Origin: Diplonema japonicum
Lineage: Eukaryota > Protista > Euglenozoa: Diplonemea
DNA length: 64,000 nucleotides
Direction: 5' to 3'
Assembly: GCA_964019335.1 (NCBI GenBank)
Contig: OZ025651.1
Coordinates: 806,001 to 870,000, forward strand
Shown here: one piece after another, positions 1-9,311 of the stretch
Numbering within the stretch: position 1 is the stretch's first letter
Layout: each line of letters begins with the position of its first letter
Notes under the pieces: model-generated
The model's database searches: none
What the model was told of the DNA's origin: nothing
Seen by the model: the letters and a program-made list of their open reading frames with translations, nothing else
Made by a program: the position numbers and the translations under genes

Positions 1-1
1 G

Positions 2-517
2 GACGACAGACGCCTTCAGAAAATGATGGAAAAAATGGGTGTGGCTCATCATGATAAGAAATCCAAGCTTGCAACCCTTGCATGGGACAACCCCACTGTG
101 TGTGAAGAACTCGCTGTAATCGATGGTAGTCCCGACCGTGAGCTCGCGGCTCTTCGCGAGTCTTGTAAGAACCTCAAAACTGAGATAGCTTTTTACACGC
201 GTGATATCGATGAGAAGACCAAACGGCTTCGCAGGTTGAAGTCCAAAAAGAGGCCTCTCCTGTCCCTGCAGCGATGGGCCCTCACCGCGTCGAAGACGGA
301 TCGTTCTGTGTATGGGGTGTACCGCAGAGTCCTCGAGGCGAACGGGCTTGCTCCCGAGCTCGTTCGCACAGCTTCCCGTCCTGCCAAGAACCGGTCTTCC
401 TCGGCCCGTCCCATGGGCGCTGTCGGAAGAAAACCCCTTGCACCGTGTAAAACCGCTGTTTCCGTGCAGAACCAAAGCAAGATGTTTATGCTCACGGGCA
501 GGCATGTGGGGTGTTGA
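2..517 (+). CDS. 3' part of a hypothetical coiled-coil protein (starts upstream of the window)
   Basis: Frame is open from the window edge to TGA at 515-517; coding-like composition; followed by a T-rich spacer. Confidence 0.7.
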   Translation, partial: DDRRLQKMMEKMGVAHHDKKSKLATLAWDNPTVCEELAVIDGSPDRELAALRESCKNLKTEIAFYTRDIDEKTKRLRRLKSKKRPLLSLQRWALTASKTDRSVYGVYRRVLEANGLAPELVRTASRPAKNRSSSARPMGAVGRKPLAPCKTAVSVQNQSKMFMLTGRHVGC

Positions 518-718
518 ACGTAAGCATTATTGGTCTCTCTTCTATCCCCCGCCCCTGCAACGGGGACAAATGTTGACTCCCTTTCTTTTAGATTTTGCCC
601 ATTCGTTTATGGTTAGTATATTTCTTTTTTTTTTTTTTTTTTTGAATTATTGCGTGTCAGTACTATGAATAGAAGAAAGGAAAACAAAAAAAAAAAGAAA
701 AGAAAAAAATAAAATACA

Positions 719-1426
719 ATGAACGGTGCACCAACAATCAACTCCGAGTACAGCTTCCCGAAGGAGAAGCTTGCTGAGTTCAAACAGGCTGTGAAAGATG
801 TCTTCTACACCCCAGAGGGGAAGGAGTGGGCGGTCTTTGGCTACAACGACGAAGGTAGCAGGTGCGTCCTGAGATCGGGTTTCGAGAATGCAGAGCTGGC
901 GAAGATCGGCGTTGCTTTCACTGCATTCCACAAGAAAATCGCTGAGTACACCACTGTTGAAAAGTGCCAGATCCATGCTAGTGAAGAAGATCTTGCGACC
1001 TTCAAGGCCACCCCTGCAGCGGAGAACGTGAAAGAGTTTTTTGTTGCAGTCCCAGGTGCCTTTCGCAAGGGGCCTTCCGACGCGAGCACCTTAACACTGT
1101 CACCTTACTTCTCTGTGAAGGACGCTGACAAGGTGAAAGCCTTTCTTCCCGAATTCTCTGCAGCCACCAAAGACGAAACCGAGTGTTTGTTCTATGGCTG
1201 GACGAAGAACACTGCCGACCCCACTGTGATCCACTGCAGGGAGGGCTACACCTGTGCCGCAGGGCTCATGACCCACCTTGGCAACGTGGACGCACTGCTG
1301 AAAAAAATGTTGGCTCCTGAGCTGGCTTCGATTTCTTACTTGGAGTGCCACGGGTCGCGTGCTGAGGTGGAAAAGGTCAAGGAAGCCCTTGTACCTCTTG
1401 GTACTGTCTTCTACTACACTGATTAG
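719..1426 (+). CDS. Tandem ABM-like (dimeric alpha+beta barrel) domain protein
   Basis: C-terminal half LSPYFSV...ETECLFYGW...HCREGY...AGLMTHLGNV...LECHG resembles the bacterial/algal ABM-like family; N-terminal half looks like a degenerate second copy; A-rich leader before ATG. Confidence 0.65.
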   Translation: MNGAPTINSEYSFPKEKLAEFKQAVKDVFYTPEGKEWAVFGYNDEGSRCVLRSGFENAELAKIGVAFTAFHKKIAEYTTVEKCQIHASEEDLATFKATPAAENVKEFFVAVPGAFRKGPSDASTLTLSPYFSVKDADKVKAFLPEFSAATKDETECLFYGWTKNTADPTVIHCREGYTCAAGLMTHLGNVDALLKKMLAPELASISYLECHGSRAEVEKVKEALVPLGTVFYYTD

Positions 1427-1445
1427 GATGTGGAAGGGAAGAAAA

Positions 1446-1608
1446 AGTGCTATGTTGGCAAGAAACGGGGATTCCTTATTTTTCAGATACTTAAGAGAAA
1501 CGTGTCCACTTCTTAAGAAACGGCCTCAGAATAAGGAAACGCTCCCGTATCCGTTTCTTTATTTTCAAAAAGAAACTTGGAAATGCGTTTCCTTGCCAAC
1601 ATAGCCCT
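1446..1608. mobile_element. MITE-like element with terminal inverted repeats
   Basis: AGTGCTATGTTGGCAAGAAACG (1446-1467) is the near-perfect reverse complement of CGTTTCCTTGCCAACATAGCCCT (1586-1608); nested internal inverted repeats (TTCCTTATT/AATAAGGAA, CTTAAGA/TCTTAAG); no ORF. Confidence 0.7.
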
Positions 1609-2204
1609 AGTAGTAAAATGGGTTTTTCAATTTCGCCAGTGCAGAGTACTGGAGCCACCTTATCCAATTTTCTTTTAAAAAATTCCTTTTCACTTTTACC
1701 TACGTTTTTAAGGGGTCACATGTGGGCATCCACACCTACCGTTTGTTTTGTTCGCGGTGGTCATTGCAAGAGCGTCAATACGTCTTGGTAAAAGATCGCC
1801 CCTTTTCTTTTTCTTTCCCATTCTTTACACGCGGCTTTTTCCCCCCCTTTTTTTTTAAATGTCTCTTTTTTTTTTTTTTTTTTTCTGGGCGTGAGGCGAC
1901 GACAGGGAGCGACACAAGAACAGAAAGCAAGAAACTATTCGAGAAAGATGAACGAGAGAGATGCAGTGCGAGGCAAAAGGTAGCCTTACCTCGTCGAAGG
2001 GCAAAGCGAGTGAAAAGAATCCCTAAAACAGGACACTGTTATTTTAAAACCACCCACCCTTTATTTTTAATACAAAATATAACAAAAAAAAAACTTTTTT
2101 TTCTCCTCTTTTTGTGCAAAAAAAAACCCCCCCACAGGAAAGGGGGAAGGGTGGGAGGGGGAGGAAAAGAACAAAAAAAAAAGGGTAAAGAAAAAGAAGA
2201 TACA

Positions 2205-2606
2205 ATGCTGAAAACCCTGTCTGTACTCTCGAGGAGGTACAAATCTGTGGGCCCTGTGAACCGAACACGGCCGGGGTACGGGGGCACAAGGCACCCGGTG
2301 TTGGACAGTGAGTTTCAGACCACGTTCTCCGGGGAGCCTGTGAACATAGAAGTCTCGCAAGAGAGAATCGCAAACGATATCAAATTGATGAAGAACGCAA
2401 AGTACCTTGAAAGCGACAAGACCTACAAAGCAACAAAATACGCATACTGGACAGTGGTGATCCTGGCGGTGTCGGTGATATACCACTTTTACAAATTAGA
2501 AATGTCCGCGCTATCCCAAAAACACGACGACCAACTGCTGCTGGACATCGCGGAAGAGGAGAAGGCAAAGGCCGCCATGATGGCCCGAGACAGAGCAAAA
2601 ACCTGA
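2205..2606 (+). CDS. Small single-TM protein with a mitochondrial-type presequence
   Basis: True start is probably ATG 2205 after an A-rich leader; MLKTLSVLSRRY presequence-like N-terminus; TM segment YAYWTVVILAVSVIYHFY; C-terminal coiled coil. Confidence 0.7.
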   Translation: MLKTLSVLSRRYKSVGPVNRTRPGYGGTRHPVLDSEFQTTFSGEPVNIEVSQERIANDIKLMKNAKYLESDKTYKATKYAYWTVVILAVSVIYHFYKLEMSALSQKHDDQLLLDIAEEEKAKAAMMARDRAKT

Positions 2607-2691
2607 ATTTTTTTTTTCTTCTTCTTTTTTTTTTCCAAAAGATTTTTCAAAAAAAATAAAGGCCACCACCACAAAAAAAAAAAGAAAAAAA

Positions 2692-4104
2692 ATGGGAGCA
2701 GGAGGCAAGGTTGATCCAAAGTCCAAGTCCAGCGTGCCAACTATGTTGGACACCGTGTGGAAAATCAAGGGGAAATACTACGATCTCTCGAAGTTCGCCG
2801 CGCAGCACCCCGGAGGAGAGAGGGCCTTGATGAACGCCGCCGCTCACCCAAGAGGCGAGTACTTCGTCGAGTCCTACCACCCGGACCCGGACCTCGTGTA
2901 CAAGGTGATCGAGAAATACGAGATTAAGGGCTCGATGCCGGAAATAAAGAACCCTGTGAAGGATGAGTACGAGTCGAAAATCGATTACACATTTGAACCT
3001 GACGGTTTCTACAGGAAGGTGAAGAAGGCGGGGATGCTCGCGCTGAGGGGGAAGAACAAGAAATCGAAAACGAACCTGAGAGGCGATGACATCTACCTCA
3101 TGGTAGACATGCTGCACCTCGCGTTCCTGTTCATCTCAACATTCCTTTTGTGCATGGGTTCTTGGAAGGCGGCCATCGCCACCGGAGTGCTTCGCGGTGC
3201 GGTTATTATGAGAATTGCTCACGTCGCTTCGCACTCATCGTTGTCACCATACCCGGAAGTAAACCACATTATGTACTATCTCAGCATGGTTTTTGCAGGA
3301 ACTACACCCGAGATCTGGTCCAGGAAACACGTGGTCCGTCACCATGTGAACACAAATGAAGACGATCTTGATGAGGACAGGATGGAACCCCTGAAGTGTG
3401 TGTTCAACGGCGCACCTTACTACGAGTTCCACAAGAACCAGCACAAGTATATTTGGGGATTTTACGTGCATGTTGTAGCGGCGTGGGCGATATCTGACAT
3501 TATTGGCAACAACTTCAGGAAGTCATGCGGCCCCGTCCCGTTCACTCCCAAGGAGACAATGCTCAACATGGCGACACAGTTTTTCCATGTTCTCTTCACG
3601 TACGCGCTTCCCATCTATTTCCAAGGTTTTTTCTATGGGTTGCTGCTCATTGAACTTAACACCGTGCTGACCTCTACTATCTTTGGGTTTGAGTTTATCG
3701 TCAACCATGAAATTGAGGGGTGTGACATTTACCCGGAGACTGTTGGGAAAACAGTCGACTGGGGTGCTTACCAAACCATCTCTTCTGCTGATTTCCACCC
3801 TCTTGGGTGGGGGTCGTGGTTTTTCAACCAGCTGACGGGTGGGCTGAACCTTCAAATCTGCCACCATCTTTTCCCCGGTATCCACTACCGTCATTACCCG
3901 ACGCTCACCAAGATTATCTATGAGCATGCGGAGAAGGAGAATATCCAGGCGCTGTACTCTAGTTCCGTCGTCGAGGCTGTCACTCGGCATTATGAGTTCT
4001 TGAAGAAAAGCAGCATTGAGGTATTATCGGGGGAGGAAGGGAAACAAAAAAAAAAAAAAAAAAAAAAAAAACAGTTTGCCAAAAACGCGAAAAAAGTTGA
4101 GTAG
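2692..4104 (+). CDS. Front-end fatty acid desaturase (cytochrome b5 fusion, delta-4/5/6 type); one intron at 4021-4074
   Basis: HPGG b5 motif; His boxes HVASH, HVVRHH, QICHHLFP; after splicing the protein ends ...SIEFAKNAKKVE with a KKxx ER-retrieval motif. Confidence 0.93.
   Translation: MGAGGKVDPKSKSSVPTMLDTVWKIKGKYYDLSKFAAQHPGGERALMNAAAHPRGEYFVESYHPDPDLVYKVIEKYEIKGSMPEIKNPVKDEYESKIDYTFEPDGFYRKVKKAGMLALRGKNKKSKTNLRGDDIYLMVDMLHLAFLFISTFLLCMGSWKAAIATGVLRGAVIMRIAHVASHSSLSPYPEVNHIMYYLSMVFAGTTPEIWSRKHVVRHHVNTNEDDLDEDRMEPLKCVFNGAPYYEFHKNQHKYIWGFYVHVVAAWAISDIIGNNFRKSCGPVPFTPKETMLNMATQFFHVLFTYALPIYFQGFFYGLLLIELNTVLTSTIFGFEFIVNHEIEGCDIYPETVGKTVDWGAYQTISSADFHPLGWGSWFFNQLTGGLNLQICHHLFPGIHYRHYPTLTKIIYEHAEKENIQALYSSSVVEAVTRHYEFLKKSSIEVLSGEEGKQKKKKKKKKQFAKNAKKVE
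4021..4074 (+). other. 54-nt GT-AG intron with poly(A) tract
   Basis: gag|GTATTA...A-run...ACAG|ttt; phase 0; removal deletes a spurious poly-Lys stretch from the desaturase. Confidence 0.8.
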
Positions 4105-4882
4105 GAAAAAAAAAAAAAAAAACTATGGCTTCCGACACTTTAATACTGTTTTAAAAAAAAGAAAAAAAAAAAAAAAAAAAAAAAAAACCCTCGATTCTCA
4201 TGGGCTTTGATCCCCGGAACAGGACAAAGCAAATGGAGAAAAACAAAAGTTTTTTTTTAAAGAACACTTTCACATGGCTTATTCGTGACTTTCTTTTTTA
4301 CCTTTATTTTCTTTTGAAAGCTAGAAAAGAAAAAGAGGGGATTACCCCGTTTTCTATTCCTTTCGAAGTGTCAATGGGTTTACCTGACACTACTTTTCCC
4401 CTTCCCCCCCCTCAAAGTTTACCGGAGCCAATTAGTTTTAAAAGTTCATCTTATTCGTTTTTGCCGTTTCTTTTCCTTTTCTTTCTTGGTTTTTTTTTTT
4501 TTTCTTTCCCCTCTTAAAGATCAAGGTCTTTGTTTTTATTTTGCTTTCCTTTTTTTTTTTCGATTTCTCATGCATTTCTTCCCTCCCCTCTTTTTTTTTT
4601 CTTCTTAGAAACGAAAAAAAAAAAAAAAGAGGAGGAGTTATAGGGGGAAGCAAAAACAGAATCAAAAAAAAAATGCCTGGGAAAAAAAAAAGTCTGGGAG
4701 GACCTTCATCTTTTTTTTTTCTTCTTCTCCCTTCTCCACAAGTTTTATTTTTTATTTCTCTTTTTTTTCCATCACGTCCCTCGTTTTTTTTTTTTTTTTT
4801 TCTTCTTTTTTTTTCTTCCTTTTTTTTTCCTTTTTACTATCCTCTTTACTATCCTTTAAGCAACACGTGAAAAAAAAAAAAA

Positions 4883-7501
4883 ATGGATATCGAGTTAAAA
4901 TGTCCCGGGAATATCTCGAAAGTTGTAGAAATCGAGGCGCACTGGAGCATCGGCGATCTGAGGAACGCAGCAGCCGAGATAATCGACTGCAAAAAACACC
5001 TCATAGAGCTCGTTATCGATGAAGAAATCTACGGCGAGAGCCGCAACAACGAATCTCTCGAAAACCTCGGTTTGCAACAAAACGAAGTGGTGACGGTAAA
5101 AGCCGCAACCAAGGCCGTGGCCCTCGCACGACTGGCCGCACGCGATATCACACCAACAGTTCCCCGTTGTAAAGCGGCAATGCTAGCAGGCCTCGTGGAA
5201 CTTGTAAGAGATTTCTTTGAAGCCGGATACGCCCCTTATGAGAGGGATTTGGCCCTGAAAACACTTGAGGCGGGACGACCAGGTATCGCCATGGTGATCC
5301 TTTCCACACCCACTGTACCACCTCTGATGCACTTCAACACCAATTTGCTTGGTATTGCCCTACGGAAAGGGTACCTAGACGTCGTTACAATAGTGTTGAG
5401 GAACCTTACTTATGTGAACCCGAATTGCTGTGTTTACCTCGAAGTCCCTTCTTCCAACTGGGAGCCTTTTTTTGACGTGCTTATGGAGCACAAAGTGCAG
5501 TTCGAGCTGCCCTGCATCGCCCACGTTGTGAACACCTTGACGGCGGCCAAGCTGCGCTATTTTCTTGCGAGGTACCCTCACAAGATCCCCCTGTCGTGTC
5601 TTGGTGGTGCCCTTTCACGCTCCGACGCAACCCATGCGGAGCTCATCCTCGACCACAGCCTCATATTGTCCGCCGGTACACTGCCTGCGTTGGCCCAGTC
5701 GAAACACCACCACCTCGATTCCAAAGTTGCACACGTTATCAGAAAGGTTTACAAGGACATCTATTATAAACCTAGCAAAAAAAGTACGACTCGGTGTCTC
5801 ATCCGTGCTTGTGGGAATGGGGCTATGGAGATCATCACCGCTCTGGTGGAGGCTGGCGGGGACGCCGGCGTGGGTTTGCTTCACTGCAAGGACGCAGCCA
5901 CTGCAAAACATCTCGTGGAGGAATGCCAGGCCGATGTGAACTATGCGGCAGCACCCCGAACGACGCCTCTGATCCGCGCGTGTGCTGTCGGGTTGGACTT
6001 CGTGAAGTACCTTGTGGAGAAAGGGGCTGAGGTGAACCGTTCTGCGGGGAACACATCAGCCGTGATCGTCGCCAGTAAGCACGGAAAACTCGACATTGTG
6101 AAGTACCTTGTTGAAGACTGCAAGGCCGACCCGACACACCGCACAGCCGCTGGCTTCGACGCGGCAAGTGCAGCAGCGGCTCACGGGCACCTTACCGTGA
6201 TGCAGTACCTGCTAAGAAAGATCAACCCCGCACGCAGTTACCCGAACAACATGAACCTCATACACGTCATGGCGAAGACGGGAACATATACCCGGGAACT
6301 CTGCAAGGCGACAGGTGAAAACCTCTTTGAAGCGGACAGTCTAGGGAGAGACGTCCTCATGTTCGCTGGGATGGGACGCGCCAAGGTACACGAGGATCTG
6401 GTGGCAGAATGCAAGGACCTCGCGTCCCGAACATCCGACGACGGGACGACAGCCCTGGGGTACGCCGTGCAGACCGGGCACGAGGACACTGTAGTAGCGC
6501 TGCTCGATGCAGGGAGCAATCCTAAAGCCGCCCTATCCAATCACACAAAAAACACAGTGATAGATGGGTACGTGCAAAGGACAAAATGGGATATAAATAT
6601 ATACAACAAGTTAAATGCTCGCATCACAAAGCGAAAAGGGCCGACATCCTTGCACTCCCTCATCGGCAGTAACGCTGGGTCTCGCAAGGTGAATAGAGTA
6701 ACAGCCGACTGCACCGTTTGGTGGAAAAATACCCATCGCGTCGAGTATTTTTTCGAGCTAGCGGCACGCGATCCTGAGCTAATCCTATATATATCCGACA
6801 GCACAAGCACGGAATTGAACGGTTTGCTCGCAGTACGCATGAAGAAGAACGGGCAGTCCATCCTTAGGATACTGGCGGAGAACGAATCAACACCTCTATG
6901 CGTATTCAGGAAGATACTTGGCAAGAACCAAGACGCAATGGGCACCCCTGACCCTGATGGTGTGTCTCCTTTCAGGGCTGCCTTGGAATACGGCCACTTT
7001 GATGCCTTTTACAAACAAAGACACTACGAAACAATACCCCCCAACGTGTGGCTTAACGAGTACGTGGGGCTACTGAGGGATGGAAAGAAAATTAAAATAC
7101 CCAAAACATCTGGGTACTCTGAAAAGCACGCGCACAACTGTGTAATCCGTATTTGTAGCCATTTGATCCCGACGCTCTCTGAAGATGAACAGGTCTTCTT
7201 GATCACGGCGTATCCAACATGGGAATTTCTGCATTTGTCTAGAAGGGTTGCCAATAAGATTTTGCCCATCTGTGTCACCCTTGGGCACATCGAAACCGTC
7301 ACCAGGATTATGGCGACAGCAGGGCTATTCTCGCTTCCATCGACAGTGGTGCTCCCCGAAACCAGCAAGAAGGGCCGTGACATGTGGGAAATCGTTTGTA
7401 AGAAGGTCCCCGATCCTCGCGCCTGTCTTGTTGCGGCGGTCGAGCACTATGATGGACACCCTGTTCAGTCCCGTTATAAGAAGCTTTTGAAAAATCTTTA
7501 G
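4883..7501 (+). CDS. Ubiquitin-like N-terminal domain + ankyrin repeat protein
   Basis: Ubl-like first ~75 aa; ankyrin repeats TPLIRAC...VKYLVEKGAEVN, SAVIVASKHGKLDIVKYLV, TALGYAVQTGHEDTVVALLDAG. Confidence 0.85.
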   Translation: MDIELKCPGNISKVVEIEAHWSIGDLRNAAAEIIDCKKHLIELVIDEEIYGESRNNESLENLGLQQNEVVTVKAATKAVALARLAARDITPTVPRCKAAMLAGLVELVRDFFEAGYAPYERDLALKTLEAGRPGIAMVILSTPTVPPLMHFNTNLLGIALRKGYLDVVTIVLRNLTYVNPNCCVYLEVPSSNWEPFFDVLMEHKVQFELPCIAHVVNTLTAAKLRYFLARYPHKIPLSCLGGALSRSDATHAELILDHSLILSAGTLPALAQSKHHHLDSKVAHVIRKVYKDIYYKPSKKSTTRCLIRACGNGAMEIITALVEAGGDAGVGLLHCKDAATAKHLVEECQADVNYAAAPRTTPLIRACAVGLDFVKYLVEKGAEVNRSAGNTSAVIVASKHGKLDIVKYLVEDCKADPTHRTAAGFDAASAAAAHGHLTVMQYLLRKINPARSYPNNMNLIHVMAKTGTYTRELCKATGENLFEADSLGRDVLMFAGMGRAKVHEDLVAECKDLASRTSDDGTTALGYAVQTGHEDTVVALLDAGSNPKAALSNHTKNTVIDGYVQRTKWDINIYNKLNARITKRKGPTSLHSLIGSNAGSRKVNRVTADCTVWWKNTHRVEYFFELAARDPELILYISDSTSTELNGLLAVRMKKNGQSILRILAENESTPLCVFRKILGKNQDAMGTPDPDGVSPFRAALEYGHFDAFYKQRHYETIPPNVWLNEYVGLLRDGKKIKIPKTSGYSEKHAHNCVIRICSHLIPTLSEDEQVFLITAYPTWEFLHLSRRVANKILPICVTLGHIETVTRIMATAGLFSLPSTVVLPETSKKGRDMWEIVCKKVPDPRACLVAAVEHYDGHPVQSRYKKLLKNL

Positions 7502-7867
7502 GTTTTCTTTTTTTTTTTAGAGAGAATTTCTTCCTGAACAGTGAGCACCCCCATGCACACTGAAATTGTATTCGAGTTTTCTTTTTGTTGGCAGGGGGCT
7601 CCTTCCCTCCAACAACACGCGTCCAGTTTCTAACCCAGTTCTGTTGTACGTTCTTTTTCTTTTTTTTTTTCTTTTTGCTTTTTTCTTTCTTTTTTTTCCG
7701 GTTCGATTTGCGCTAGCAAAAAGCTGCATTTCTGGAGGACAAAGTACTGAAACGCTTAACCCCCCCTTTTTTTTTGTCGCGTGTTCTACCTGTGATAGTT
7801 TCCTTCTAAATTAATCTTTTTTTATTATAGGAGGGAGTGGTTGGGTGGAGGGGGGAAGAAAAAAAAA

Positions 7868-8860
7868 ATGTCAGATGACGCAAGCTACGCACCCATCGAT
7901 TTAGGAAGGGCTGTGGAGGTGGAGGATATAGTGTGGACCCCGGTGAACAACACGGGAAAAGCGAGCACGGCAAAGGATGTGTTCCAGACCCCGAAACATC
8001 AAGTAATGCGCCCTTACAGACCCGACCTTGACAGGCCGAAGCTAAGCACTGCGGCATCTATGGATATGTGGACGGCAGGCATGGACAAGAACTATTCGAT
8101 AACACCATTGCAGAACCCTGCTGCATATTGGGTAAGCGGTCGGAGTGGAAAAAGGCCAAGCCGGAGGTCAACGGCAACAACGAGCAAGGTGTCAACGAGT
8201 AAAGTGTCAACGAGCAAAGTGTCGACGCTGCTGTCCTCCGCTACCTCATCACAGTTGAAATCACTGGGAACGTCTTTGCTCGCAAAAAAACCTGCCACCA
8301 CCACCGTCACCTCCCTTCCGTTCTCCCCTTCTTTGGGTATAACACCTGCTCCGCATTCTTCAACTCCCGACACGCAAGGTGCTCAAACATCCACTGCAAC
8401 CGTAACAGGAGCTTCTCTACCGTTTTCGCCGTCGTTGGGTATGACACCAGCGGCAGCTTCTTCAATTCCTTGGGCAGTGGCAGGAACAACAGTTGCAACT
8501 GGTGCTCCTACACCTATGACTCGTGATATCGAAGTTCCTATCTCCCCGTCGGTGCTGATTACGCCTTGCGTCATGACTGATTCTAATAATGTGCAGCCAG
8601 CTGTTTCAGCCACCTCGACTCCAGCATTTTTAGTGCCCCCCACACCTGCAATGTCAATGCAGTCATCTCATGTGCCTGCTTCTGTGGTCGATTTTACTCC
8701 TCTCAAGCCGGGTGCGCCCCTGTCTGGTCCTACCGGTGCTTTTTTATCCACCCAGGAACCTTTTTCTCAGGTTGAAGAGGGGTTGTGGCAGGATGCCGCA
8801 GATCAGTGGAAACGGAAGTTTAATGATTACATCAAGGAATGTGATGAAGTAGAGCTTTAG
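7868..8860 (+). CDS. Ser/Thr/Pro-rich low-complexity hypothetical protein
   Basis: ATG 7868 follows TTATAG acceptor and purine leader; internal TSKVS x3 and SLPFSPSLG x2 repeats. Confidence 0.7.
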   Translation: MSDDASYAPIDLGRAVEVEDIVWTPVNNTGKASTAKDVFQTPKHQVMRPYRPDLDRPKLSTAASMDMWTAGMDKNYSITPLQNPAAYWVSGRSGKRPSRRSTATTSKVSTSKVSTSKVSTLLSSATSSQLKSLGTSLLAKKPATTTVTSLPFSPSLGITPAPHSSTPDTQGAQTSTATVTGASLPFSPSLGMTPAAASSIPWAVAGTTVATGAPTPMTRDIEVPISPSVLITPCVMTDSNNVQPAVSATSTPAFLVPPTPAMSMQSSHVPASVVDFTPLKPGAPLSGPTGAFLSTQEPFSQVEEGLWQDAADQWKRKFNDYIKECDEVEL

Positions 8861-9311
8861 ATTTAGTTTTTTTTTGTGTTTTTCTTTTCTTTTTTTGTTC
8901 TTTAATATTTTAGATTTCCCCCTTTTTTTCTTTAGATTCTTACAACACAAAAAAAAGAGTCGGAGTGTTTTTTTTTCCTTTTTTTTTTCTTCTTTTAGGC
9001 GATCCTGTCGCATACTGCAGGTTCCCTTCAAAGACATCTTTTTTTTTCTCCCTCTCTTCTTTTTTTTTGTAAAGGAAAAAAACCCCAAAACCAAATCAAA
9101 AAAAAGTTTTAAAAACACCGGAGAAGGGGGAAAGAGGTACGAAACACTGGTTCTTAAAAGTTTATTTCATTTTGTTCCCCCCTTCTTGAGACTTTTGTTT
9201 CCCGATAACCCCCCCCCATTTATTTATTTCTCCCCCACCCTATTAATGAAGAAACAAAAGAAAAGGTGGGGCAAAAAAAGGGACCCCCCCACCCTCCCCT
9301 CCTTGTAAAGG

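Noticed and set aside
1722-2204. Poly-Phe/poly-Lys N-terminal extensions in the ORF track (also 28485, 47379, 54753, 59322) and many small F/K-rich ORFs
   Set aside because: Translations of T/A homopolymer spacers from alternative start codons; real starts are the ATGs after the purine leaders.
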